A stretch of 64,000 nucleotides of DNA, taken from NCBI GenBank assembly GCA_026393755.1, contig JAPKZO010000040.1:231968-295967 (forward strand), given 5' to 3'. Below are positions 53,644 to 62,334 of this stretch, piece by piece. The stretch is from Acidobacteriota bacterium (GTDB lineage Bacteria; Acidobacteriota; Vicinamibacteria; Vicinamibacterales; JAKQTR01). Under the pieces are notes generated by a model. That model did not search any database. It saw only the letters and a program-made list of their open reading frames with translations, and was not told the DNA's origin. Position numbers and translations under genes: made by a program. Every line of letters starts with the position of its first letter. The first letter of the stretch is position 1.

Positions 53644-56600
53644 TTATTGTACTCCCCGTCCTCCGCGGCCGGTCGACGCCGGTACCGCAATCGGCGCGGG
53701 TGGCGGGACGTAGGCCCAGTTCAACAGGGCATTGAACACCATGTTGAACTCGCCGTGATTCTGCCAGCGGTAGATTGGGTTGTTGGCAAAGAGGATGACG
53801 CGCCCCTTGCCGTTGTACGCATTCGGGATGTCGGCGGCAATCACCTTCTGCCGCAAGACATCGGCGCCGGTCATCGCGCCGCTGAGCACGGACGAATCCC
53901 CGCCCACGTAGCGTGCCAGGATGTTGCCTGAGTCGGCCAGCCCCACCCGAAGCGTGTTTCCGCCCACGTACTTCATCGGCAGTATCTTGTCGGCGTATCC
54001 GTAGAACACCGGATGCTCGGGCCGACCGATCTCTGCCTGCACGATAGGCCGCTGGGCGACGACGCCGGCGATCGGTTCGGCGTCAATCGTGTGGGCCCAC
54101 CCGAAGTCGATCGGGAACCGGATTGCCGCTCCGGCCGCAATTAACGTTCCTCCGCCATCGAGGAACTTCGCGAACGCGTCCACGCCTTCCTGCCCGAAAC
54201 CGCCGGACATATCCGGCGTCTCGCCGTACATCCCGAGGAACTTGTACTTGTCGCTCTTCTGGTACGGCTGCGGGCGCGCCGCCGCGGGCTGCAGCACGGT
54301 GGATCGATTGATGTTCTGCGCGGCCATCACGATAACGTCGTACTTGGCTCGCAGATCGCCCTTCTTCACCTGTTCCTTGTAGATCAAGTCGTATGGGATG
54401 CCGAAATTGTCGAACGTCAGCCGATACCAGCCAAGATCCTGCGTGCTCGTCCACTGCGAGTAGATCGCCACACGCGGTGCCGGCGCATCGTGCAGGGCCA
54501 CCTGCGGCATCGCATCGAGCGCCGCCGCTGTCAGCCCGAGCTCTTCGACAACCGCCCGCACGTTGGCCGCCGCCGCGCCGGAGATGACAAACGACCCGGC
54601 CGGGAAGTCCACCCCAGCGGCCGTGAAGCTCTTCTCGGCAATCCTCATCGGCACGGTCTTGAGCCGGTAGCGGAACGCGATCATGTTGTTCGACCCGAGA
54701 TGGGCGACAGCAAGCCCGGCCGACCCGGTCCCGGCCACCCTTCCTTTGGCGCTTACCGCCTTCACCGACGTCGTGGTCACCTTGAGGATGGCTGCGTCGT
54801 TGATCTCCTTCACGTCTACCAGCATCAGCAGGCCCATCGTCCATCCGCTGTCGTCGTACGTGGTCAGTCGCGTGTCGGGATACTGCTGTTTCTCGAGCAG
54901 GTTCTTCGCCAGGCGGCCGTATGGCTGGTCGCGTTTGATGACGTACGAACCGGCCGGATACGTCGCGTCACCGATCTTGATCTCACTGGTTGCCTGACCG
55001 ACCTCGATGCCCTGGACGCGCAGGATCCGCACCAGTTCGGCGGCCTTGGTCATCTCTCGCTGGACGGGGATGACGAACCCGTACGGGGGCTTCGTCCTGC
55101 CGTCTTCGATGGCATTCCTCGACTTGACGTAGAAGTTCTCGATGATCGTTGTCGGAAACATGGCGGTGAGCTGCAGCGATGACAGGACGCCGGTCTCCGA
55201 GTAGTTGACGTTATCGCGCCGCGTGAAGCTGTTGGCGGCGTTGGGAGGAACAGGCAGACCGCGATACCACTCGCGATCCTGCGCGCCGCCGCGACCGGTG
55301 GGGAGCGCCGGCCCACGGCCGCCAGCCGCCTGCCCTGAGCTCGCCTGCTCCGAGCCTGGCCGAGGAGTCGAAGGGCCGCGTCCAGCGTCGGGCGTCTGCG
55401 CCCCACCGCGACCGCCCTCAGCCGCCGCCGTGCCGCCGCGCCCGGCCTGCGCCGTCACCTCGCCCGTGGCAGCGTCCCCGCTACCACCGCGTCCGGCGGG
55501 CGCCGAACCGGGATCGCGGCCCGACTGCGTCTCGTACATTTTCATCAGGCCGTTGTGGTTGTAGGCCACCGACGCGTAGTAGCCCGGCGACCAGCCGTCC
55601 ATGAACGCGTGCGTGTAGACGCCAGGCATGCCCCACTTCGTCATCTGCGCGAGTTCCCAGTTGGAGAACCACGGCAGCTCGGCAAACAGCAGCGGATCCA
55701 GATTCGGGTTCTGAGGAGGCCCGCCACTATACGTGTACATCAGCGGCATTGATTCGTGCAGGTCGTGCATGATGGGCGGATGCGCCGTGTAGTACCACTC
55801 CGTCAAGGCCCGCATCTGGATGAGCGAGAGATTAATGTCGCGGTTGTTGTCGTGGTAGACATACTTGCCCCAATACGGCAGGGCTCCGATGCTGGCAGCG
55901 CCGCTGCGCCCTCCCGCCTGTCCGGCGCGTCCGGGATCGGCGGCAGCGGCACCCGCCGCCGGAGCCTGTGCTGAAGCCGGCTTCGTCGCGGCCGCGACGG
56001 GGGCGGCAGGCTTCGCGGCGGCGGCAGGAGTCGCAGCGGACGGGCCCGCTGGAGTTGTTATCTGATCGGCTACCTCAAGCCCGCGGTAGAACCAGTCAAC
56101 CTGCCGATCGCGGCCATCAGCGTCCGCCACCGGCGTCACCGATAGATACACGTTGTTGCGAATCTGCGTGATGAAGGGCGAGGTCTCGACCGCCACGCGG
56201 TAGACCAGCTCCATCAGCATCTCGGACGGGCCAGACTCTGAACTGTGCAGACCGCCCGTCACGTGGTAGTGCGGCTTCGTCGTCGCAATCAACTGCGTGA
56301 TCTGCGCATCCGTCAGCCCGCGCGGATCCGCCAGCTTGGCCAGATTGTCCCGGTTCTGCGCCAACGCCTTGATGTTGGCGTCGGACGACACCCACACGAC
56401 CACCATCTCCCGCCCCTCGTCAGACTTGCCAATGGTCTCGACCTTGACGCGCGGCGTCGCGGCGGCGAGCGCCCGGTAGTACTTCAGGATGTCGGCGTAG
56501 TACGTAAGCTTCTTCGGCGCGCCGATGTGATAGCCAAGCACGTCCTTCGGTGCCGGAATCCCTTTCACGATCGGCAAGTGATCGACCAGCGGGCTCCCGT

Positions 56601-56778
56601 ACTTCGCATCGCCGGTCCACTCCTTGTAGAACTTCGCGAACGTCTGATCCTGCGGCTGCTTCGGATCCCTGAGATCCGGCGTCATCTGCCGGCCTTGCAT
56701 GCTTCCGGCAGTGAGCACGAGCAGGCAGGCGCCAACGAGCACGACGGGGAGACGACGATGGAGAGATTCAGCGCTCAT
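53644..56778 (-). CDS. M14 family zinc carboxypeptidase-like protein, very large, secreted
   Basis: Signal RRLPVVLVGACLLVLTAGS. M14 zinc-binding region HYHVTGGLHSSESGPSEM and later HDLHES. Two long Ala/Gly/Arg low-complexity inserts. About 500 aa of C-terminal domains with no family recognised. Confidence 0.8.
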   Translation of the reverse strand: MSAESLHRRLPVVLVGACLLVLTAGSMQGRQMTPDLRDPKQPQDQTFAKFYKEWTGDAKYGSPLVDHLPIVKGIPAPKDVLGYHIGAPKKLTYYADILKYYRALAAATPRVKVETIGKSDEGREMVVVWVSSDANIKALAQNRDNLAKLADPRGLTDAQITQLIATTKPHYHVTGGLHSSESGPSEMLMELVYRVAVETSPFITQIRNNVYLSVTPVADADGRDRQVDWFYRGLEVADQITTPAGPSAATPAAAAKPAAPVAAATKPASAQAPAAGAAAADPGRAGQAGGRSGAASIGALPYWGKYVYHDNNRDINLSLIQMRALTEWYYTAHPPIMHDLHESMPLMYTYSGGPPQNPNLDPLLFAELPWFSNWELAQMTKWGMPGVYTHAFMDGWSPGYYASVAYNHNGLMKMYETQSGRDPGSAPAGRGGSGDAATGEVTAQAGRGGTAAAEGGRGGAQTPDAGRGPSTPRPGSEQASSGQAAGGRGPALPTGRGGAQDREWYRGLPVPPNAANSFTRRDNVNYSETGVLSSLQLTAMFPTTIIENFYVKSRNAIEDGRTKPPYGFVIPVQREMTKAAELVRILRVQGIEVGQATSEIKIGDATYPAGSYVIKRDQPYGRLAKNLLEKQQYPDTRLTTYDDSGWTMGLLMLVDVKEINDAAILKVTTTSVKAVSAKGRVAGTGSAGLAVAHLGSNNMIAFRYRLKTVPMRIAEKSFTAAGVDFPAGSFVISGAAAANVRAVVEELGLTAAALDAMPQVALHDAPAPRVAIYSQWTSTQDLGWYRLTFDNFGIPYDLIYKEQVKKGDLRAKYDVIVMAAQNINRSTVLQPAAARPQPYQKSDKYKFLGMYGETPDMSGGFGQEGVDAFAKFLDGGGTLIAAGAAIRFPIDFGWAHTIDAEPIAGVVAQRPIVQAEIGRPEHPVFYGYADKILPMKYVGGNTLRVGLADSGNILARYVGGDSSVLSGAMTGADVLRQKVIAADIPNAYNGKGRVILFANNPIYRWQNHGEFNMVFNALLNWAYVPPPAPIAVPASTGRGGRGVQ

Positions 56779-56845
56779 CAGATGGGGCTCCTCGGAGCAA
56801 GCAAACCAGACGGGTGCGTGGGAATGGAGAGAAACATAGCATGGG

Positions 56846-56867
56846 AAAAGGGGTCGGACCCATTTTT
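56846..56867. terminator. weak bidirectional terminator-like hairpin AAAAG-GGGTCGGACCC-ATTTTT
   Basis: A short stem (4-5 bp) flanked by an A-run and a T-run. Lies 48 nt downstream of the vapC stop on the minus strand. Confidence 0.3.
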
Positions 56868-56914
56868 CGGACGGACAACCTGCTGGAACTCAGTTCTGCC
56901 CTCTTCCCGCGTCC

Positions 56915-57301
56915 TCACCAGATCGTTCGCGCCGGGTAGTCGATGATGATCGGGTCCGGCGTGAGGATCGTCAGGCCGTGGACGATAGCCTGGCTCACCA
57001 GCATGCGATCGAAGGGATCACGGTGCAGATCGGGCAGGTGCGAGACGTGGAGCGCCGAAGCCTCGTCGATGGGCAGCGCTGCGATGCCGTGCGCCTCGCG
57101 CATCTCGCGCACGAACCGCTCGGGCGGCGCCGGTAGCGGCAACCGCCCGAGCGCATGCTTGACGGCAATCTCCCACGCGGACGCCGCGCTGAGGTAGACC
57201 TCGTTGTCGGCCGCGCGAAACAGCTCGCGAGCCCGCTTCGAGAGCGAGGACGCGTCGCCCGCAATCCACAGGAAGGCGCACGTGTCGAGCAGGAGCTTCA
57301 T
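56915..57301 (-). CDS. vapC: type II toxin-antitoxin system VapC family toxin (PIN domain)
   Basis: 128 aa. MKLLLDTCAFLW (first acidic residue), SAASAWEIAVK, DPFDRMLVSQA (PIN acidic residues). The start overlaps the antitoxin stop (ATGA). Confidence 0.93.
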   Translation of the reverse strand: MKLLLDTCAFLWIAGDASSLSKRARELFRAADNEVYLSAASAWEIAVKHALGRLPLPAPPERFVREMREAHGIAALPIDEASALHVSHLPDLHRDPFDRMLVSQAIVHGLTILTPDPIIIDYPARTIW

Positions 57302-57675
57302 GACGTGCGCGCCTTGGTCGTCTTGGTCGCGTTGCGCGTCTTGCCCGCCTTGCTCGCCTTTCGTGCGCTGCGCCCGCCGTACGTCGCGGACGGCGACGCA
57401 TCAGCCACATGGAGCAGCCCCGCCCTCGGCTCGATCCCGTCGAACGCGTCGAGCATCTCGTCGGGCAGCGGCTGGAAGAACGAATCCGGCACGACCATCC
57501 GCCCCCGCGCCAGGCCGATCGGCCGAGGTTCGGTCCGCGCCGACTCCACCGCCCGCAACTCCGCGATGGGCCGGTTCCGCTTACAGATCAGCACCCGCTC
57601 GCCCCGCGCGGCGAGATCCAGGAACTCAGACAACTTCGCCTTGGCCTCGTAGATGTTGACTATCATCATGGTCAT
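57298..57675 (-). CDS. Phd/YefM-type antitoxin with extended basic C-terminal tail
   Basis: MTMMIVNIYEAKAKLSEFLDLAARGERVLICKRNRPIAELR is a typical Phd/YefM N-terminus. Starts possible at 57675, 57669 or 57666. Tail RSARKASKAGKTRNATKTTKARTS. The upstream 70 codons of the track ORF are rejected. Confidence 0.88.
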   Translation of the reverse strand: MTMMIVNIYEAKAKLSEFLDLAARGERVLICKRNRPIAELRAVESARTEPRPIGLARGRMVVPDSFFQPLPDEMLDAFDGIEPRAGLLHVADASPSATYGGRSARKASKAGKTRNATKTTKARTS

Positions 57676-57704
57676 ATAGTTGACTATTTTAGACGTCCTG
57701 TCAA
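57676..57704 (-). promoter_or_regulatory. promoter/operator candidate of the vapBC operon: TTGACA-N17-AACTAT abutting the ATG
   Basis: On the minus strand, perfect -35 TTGACA (57704-57699), 17-nt spacer, weak -10 AACTAT (57681-57676), immediately followed by ATG 57675. Inverted repeat ATAGT-TG-ACTAT (57676-57687) overlaps the -10. Confidence 0.35.
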
Positions 57705-57848
57705 GGGGACTCGTCCGACGCTGGCGACTGACGATCGGAGGTGCGCCGCGCGGGTTCCAGGTTCGTCGTCCCGCGCCGACGAGGGACGCATAGGCCGGCC
57801 GGGCACGCGAACAGCCTCCGTCGTCTCTGACTGTGCCACAATCCTCTC

Positions 57849-58805
57849 GTGACCGGCTCGCCCGCATCCTCGCCCGCATCATCACACGCCGTTGTGTGCC
57901 GCGGTCTCCAGAAGCGCTACGGCAAGGTGGTGGCCGTCGACGGCCTCGATCTCGACGTGCGGACCGGTGAGTGCTTCGGGCTGCTCGGGCCCAACGGCGC
58001 CGGCAAGACGACGACTATCGAGATCCTCGAGGGCCTGCTCAAGCCGGATGCCGGCGAGGTCGAGATACTGGGGCTTCGCTGGGGCGTCGACGACCAGGCA
58101 CTGCGCCAGCGCCTCGGCATCCAGTTGCAGGACACGCACTTCAGCGACAAGCTCACCGTCGAGGAGGTGGTGCGCCTGTTCCGCTCGTTCTACCGGCGCG
58201 GGCCGTCAGTCGATGACGTGCTGGCGATGGTGGAACTGGAGTCGAAACGCGGCAGTTGGGTGAGCAAGCTGTCCGGCGGCCAGAAGCAGCGTCTGGCCGT
58301 CGCATGCGCCCTGGTCAACGAACCCGACCTGCTCTTTCTCGACGAGCCCACCACCGGGCTCGACCCGCAGTCGCGGCGCCAGCTCTGGTCGCTGCTCGGC
58401 GAGTTTCGCCGGCGCGGTGGCACCATCGTCTTGACGACGCACTATATGGATGAGGCCGAGACGCTCTGCGATCGGGTGGGTATTGTCGATCAGGGACGGT
58501 TGATCGCGCTGGGCACCCCTCGCGAGCTGATCGCAACGCTTGGCGCCGAGCATGTCATCGAATTCGAGCTGGAAGACGGCGCCTTGCTCGCCGACGCCAC
58601 GCTGCAGCTGCTGCCTGGCGTGCGAGACGTCCGCCGCCTCGGCGGATCGACCAGCCTGCGCGTGAGGGAACTGCACACGTCAGTGCCGGCGCTGCTGGCC
58701 GAACTGGAGCGCGAGCGCCGGACCCTCTCGCGATTCGCCACCCATCACGCCTCGCTCGAAGACGTGTTTGTCGCTCACACCGGACGGCACCTGCGCGATG
58801 AGTAG
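57849..58805 (+). CDS. ABC transporter ATP-binding protein (ABC-2/DrrA-like exporter)
   Basis: GTG start. Walker A GLLGPNGAGKTTT, signature LSGGQKQRL, Walker [13 protein letters not shown]. Confidence 0.93.
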   Translation: MTGSPASSPASSHAVVCRGLQKRYGKVVAVDGLDLDVRTGECFGLLGPNGAGKTTTIEILEGLLKPDAGEVEILGLRWGVDDQALRQRLGIQLQDTHFSDKLTVEEVVRLFRSFYRRGPSVDDVLAMVELESKRGSWVSKLSGGQKQRLAVACALVNEPDLLFLDEPTTGLDPQSRRQLWSLLGEFRRRGGTIVLTTHYMDEAETLCDRVGIVDQGRLIALGTPRELIATLGAEHVIEFELEDGALLADATLQLLPGVRDVRRLGGSTSLRVRELHTSVPALLAELERERRTLSRFATHHASLEDVFVAHTGRHLRDE

Positions 58806-59844
58806 CCGCCGCCCCACGCACCACCCGCTCATCGAGCTGATCCTGATGCGCGTGCGGGAGTTTGTCCGCGAACCCGAAGCCGTGTTCTGGGTGGTCATCT
58901 TCCCTATCGTGCTGGCGTTCGCGCTCGGGATTGCGTTCCGCGCGAAGAGCGACGAACCGGTGTACGCGGGAGTGATGGCTGGCCGAGGCGGCGCCGAAAT
59001 GGTGGCGGCGCTCAGCACGTCGCCCGGCATTCACGCGCGGGTCGTGACGCCCGAACAGGCCGATCGGGCGCTGCGCGACGGCAACGTCCAGGTCGTCGTC
59101 CTGCCCGGTACTCCGCCGACCTATCGCTTCGATCCCAGCAGGCCCGAGAGCCGTCTGGCGCGATTGGCGGTCGATGCCGCGCTGCAGCGGCTCGCCGGCC
59201 GCCCCGATCGTTTCACCGCCGCCGAGCAGCCGCTGCAGGTCGTGGGCGCGCGCTACATCGACTGGCTCATCCCGGGCCTGCTCGGGATGAACATCATGGG
59301 CACCGGCCTGTGGGGCATCGGGTTCGCGATTGTCTGGGCGCGAAGCAAGAATCTGCTCAAACGCCTCGCCGCCACACCGATGTCGCGATCGCACTATCTG
59401 CTGGCGCACATCCTGGCGCGCATGGTGTTTCTCGGCGTCGAGGTCGGCGCTCTGCTCGTCTTCGCGTGGCTGATGTTCTCGGTATCGACGCGCGGGTCGC
59501 TGCTCCTGCTCGCGGCGGTGGCCGTGCTGGGCGCACTCGCATTCGGTGGAATCGGCCTGCTCGTCGCCAGCCGGGCACGGACCATCGAGGCGGTGTCGGG
59601 CTGGATGAATGCGGTGATGCTGCCGATGTGGGTGCTCTCGGGAGTCTTCTTCTCCTCGGCGAATTTCCCGGCGGCGACGCAGCCGCTGATTCATGCGCTG
59701 CCGCTGACCGCGCTCAACGACGCATTCCGGGCGGTCATGCTCGATGGCGCGTCGGTTCCTGCGATCGCGGGCGAACTGCTGACGCTCGGCGCCTGGACGA
59801 TGGTGTCATTTGCCATCGCGTTGCGGGCGTTCCGGTGGAAGTAG
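58798..59844 (+). CDS. ABC-2 type transporter permease
   Basis: ATG 58798 overlaps the ATPase stop by 8 nt (ATGAGTAG). Six predicted TM helices. The REPEAVFWVVIFPIV start is typical of ABC-2 permeases. Confidence 0.88.
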   Translation: MSSRRPTHHPLIELILMRVREFVREPEAVFWVVIFPIVLAFALGIAFRAKSDEPVYAGVMAGRGGAEMVAALSTSPGIHARVVTPEQADRALRDGNVQVVVLPGTPPTYRFDPSRPESRLARLAVDAALQRLAGRPDRFTAAEQPLQVVGARYIDWLIPGLLGMNIMGTGLWGIGFAIVWARSKNLLKRLAATPMSRSHYLLAHILARMVFLGVEVGALLVFAWLMFSVSTRGSLLLLAAVAVLGALAFGGIGLLVASRARTIEAVSGWMNAVMLPMWVLSGVFFSSANFPAATQPLIHALPLTALNDAFRAVMLDGASVPAIAGELLTLGAWTMVSFAIALRAFRWK

Positions 59845-59854
59845 CGAATTGCTC

Positions 59855-59882
59855 CCGGCGTGGTTTTCTCTCACCACACCGG
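59855..59882. terminator. hairpin between convergent genes (CCGGCGTGGT-TTTCTCTC-ACCACACCGG)
   Basis: 10-bp stem with one mismatch. Lies 10 nt after the ABC-2 permease stop and 5 nt after the S9 peptidase stop. Confidence 0.45.
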
Positions 59883-59887
59883 TTCCC

Positions 59888-62011
59888 TCACTTGAGATAC
59901 GTCTGCCACCACTTCAACTCGTTGAGCATGCGGTGGACGTTGTTCCAGTGGCCGCTGATCCCGTGCGGCTGCCCCGCGTACTGGATCATCCTGGCCGGCA
60001 CGCCCTGCCGTCTCAGCGCAAAATACATCTGCTCGCCTTCTTCGTACGGCACGCGCTGGTCGACCTCGCCGTGGATGAACAACGTCGGCGTCTTCACGGC
60101 GCCGGCGTACGTCAGCGGCGACTGCTTGATCATCCGGTCCCGGGCGGCCGGATCCCACGGCGTGCCGAAGAACTCGGTCTCCTTGGTGCGGTAGATGTCC
60201 GCCGTACCATAGTCGCTGACCCAGTTGGTGATGCCCGCTCCGGTGATCGCGGCCGCAAAGCGATCGGGATATTGCGTGATCAGCCAGTTCGTCATGAAGC
60301 CGCCGTACGAATGACCGGTATGGCCGACTCGCTTCCGGTCGACTGGATAATGCGCCAGCACGTAGTCAATCCCCGAGACGACGTCCTGCCCGTCCTTGTC
60401 GCCCCAGGCACCCCACGTCGCCCACTTGAAGGCTTCTCCGTACCCCGTCGAACTGCGGAAGTTCGTGTCGAACACGAAGTAGCCGTTCGCCGCGAAGTAC
60501 TGATGCTTGAAGTCGAAGTTGTACCCGGTGGCCGCATGGGGCCCGCCATGGCTCACCACAATCAACGGATAGGGCCCCTTCTTCGGATCGTAGCCATACG
60601 GGAACATCAGCCAGCCTTCGATTTCCGTCCCGTCAGCGCTCGGCCAGCGCAACCGTTCGGCGCGGCTGAGCGCGATTTCTGCGACGATCGCCTTGTGAAC
60701 ATCCGTCAGGCGACGTTCGCCGGTGCCATCGATGTTCGCGACGTAGACTTCTAGCGGCGCCTCGTGTACGCCAACCGTGTAGGCGATCCTGGTCATCGCC
60801 TTGTCGAACGTCAGGCCCCCGATCCGGCGCGGGCCTTTCGTCACCTGCTCGACGCGGCCCGCTGGCACGGACACGCGGAACAGGTGATTCTCTCCGCCGA
60901 TCGCGGCCGTGAAGTAGATGAACCGGCTGTCAGGTGACCAGCGCGTGGCCCCCGGCTCGAGGTCCCAGTTCGCCGTCAGATTGATCGGATCTCCGCCTGA
61001 CGACGGTCGCACGTACAGGTCGCTCGGCCCGCCGTGATTCAGCTTCTGCTTGATGATCAGATCGGTCCCGGGGTCGCGCACGTACGACAGGTAGGTGCCG
61101 TCGGGCGAGTACTTCGGGTCGCTGTACACGAACCCGTCGTCTGTGAGCCGCGTGACCGCGCCGTCCACGGTCACGGTCCAGAGATCGGGACTCTCGTACT
61201 TCAGCTCGTCCCGCCAGTCCGAATCGGCCAGGAACACGAGCCGTGTGCCGTCTGGATGCCAGGCAAGACCGGACGGTCTGACGTCGAGCGTCGTGAGTGT
61301 CTTCTCGTCGCCTCCGGCCGCCGGCGCAACCACGATGTGCGCCGCGGGCCGCGCGCGCAGATTCGGAGCGGGGAACGGCTGGCCATCTCGCTGGAAGTCC
61401 TTCCAGTCGAAAGTGACGCCCTTGAACCGCTCCTCGTGACGACGCTCGAATTCGGTCGACACGGCCGCTTCGCGTTTCGCCAGCGGCGCATCGAGCAGCG
61501 AAGCGAGCCACCTGCCATCAGGACTCGGGACGCTCGCGGCCTGCTGGCCGTCGCCTGCACCTGCCGCGCCACCCCGCCCGCCGCGCCCGCTGCTGCCCCG
61601 GGCAGGTCGCGACGGCGCCACTTTGATGGGCGGCACGTCCGGAGTCTGCGGATCCACGGTCCATTCCTGCCGGTCTGCCGCATAGGCCAGACGATCGTCA
61701 TCGGTCCATCGCACGCTGGCTATGTCGCGGCCGTAGTGCAGGAGGCGCCGTGGCGGAGCCGAGCCATCGGTCGGCACCACCCACGTCTCGCTGCGCGTGC
61801 TGTTGTCGTCCTCGATGCGCGTGGACACCGAGTAGCTCACCCACTTGCCGGCGGGGGCCAGCGACGGGCTGCCGACGGTCTGGATGCGGTAGTAGTCCTC
61901 AATGGTGAGCGCACGCCCCGCAGTCGGTTTCTGTTGCGCATGCGACATGAGGACGGGAGCGACGCCAACGCAGACCACGATCGCCAGACCAGCCCGAAGC
62001 CACCGCCGCAT
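59888..62011 (-). CDS. S9 family serine peptidase (acylaminoacyl-peptidase/POP-like) with beta-propeller, secreted
   Basis: ATG 62011 is preferred: AGGAGG (62022-62017) lies 5 nt upstream and overlaps the mscL stop. Signal MRRWLRAGLAIVVCVGVAPVLM. Catalytic GHTGHSYGGFM..IHGEVDQRV..GQPHG. Confidence 0.92.
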   Translation of the reverse strand: MRRWLRAGLAIVVCVGVAPVLMSHAQQKPTAGRALTIEDYYRIQTVGSPSLAPAGKWVSYSVSTRIEDDNSTRSETWVVPTDGSAPPRRLLHYGRDIASVRWTDDDRLAYAADRQEWTVDPQTPDVPPIKVAPSRPARGSSGRGGRGGAAGAGDGQQAASVPSPDGRWLASLLDAPLAKREAAVSTEFERRHEERFKGVTFDWKDFQRDGQPFPAPNLRARPAAHIVVAPAAGGDEKTLTTLDVRPSGLAWHPDGTRLVFLADSDWRDELKYESPDLWTVTVDGAVTRLTDDGFVYSDPKYSPDGTYLSYVRDPGTDLIIKQKLNHGGPSDLYVRPSSGGDPINLTANWDLEPGATRWSPDSRFIYFTAAIGGENHLFRVSVPAGRVEQVTKGPRRIGGLTFDKAMTRIAYTVGVHEAPLEVYVANIDGTGERRLTDVHKAIVAEIALSRAERLRWPSADGTEIEGWLMFPYGYDPKKGPYPLIVVSHGGPHAATGYNFDFKHQYFAANGYFVFDTNFRSSTGYGEAFKWATWGAWGDKDGQDVVSGIDYVLAHYPVDRKRVGHTGHSYGGFMTNWLITQYPDRFAAAITGAGITNWVSDYGTADIYRTKETEFFGTPWDPAARDRMIKQSPLTYAGAVKTPTLFIHGEVDQRVPYEEGEQMYFALRRQGVPARMIQYAGQPHGISGHWNNVHRMLNELKWWQTYLK

Positions 62012-62020
62012 ACGCACCTC

Positions 62021-62317
62021 CTACTTCTTTGTGACCTTCTCTTCTTTCAGAATCTTCTTCGAGAAGTAGAACACCAGCCACGCGACAATCAGGAAGTCGA
62101 TGCCCGCGCCGATCACGGGGCCGATCAGAAAGCGGATCGGTCCCAGGTCGAACGTGGCCGTGCGCCAGGCGCCGCCCGGCACGAAGAACGTGATGATCGG
62201 CATCAGGATGCCGTCCACGACCGTGGTCACCATGGCATTGGCCTTGCCGCCGATGATGACCGCGATCGCCAGACCGATTACGCCGTACTGCTTGAGGAAC
62301 GCGACGAATTCTTTCAT
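62021..62317 (-). CDS. mscL: large-conductance mechanosensitive channel, short form (98 aa)
   Basis: ATG 62317 with AGGAGA SD. MKEFVAFLKQYGVIGLAIAVIIGGKANAMVTTVVDGILMPII..IDFLIVAWLVFYFSKK matches MscL TM1/TM2. The C-terminal helical bundle is absent. Confidence 0.88.
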   Translation of the reverse strand: MKEFVAFLKQYGVIGLAIAVIIGGKANAMVTTVVDGILMPIITFFVPGGAWRTATFDLGPIRFLIGPVIGAGIDFLIVAWLVFYFSKKILKEEKVTKK

Positions 62318-62334
62318 CGGTGTCTCCTGTCGCC

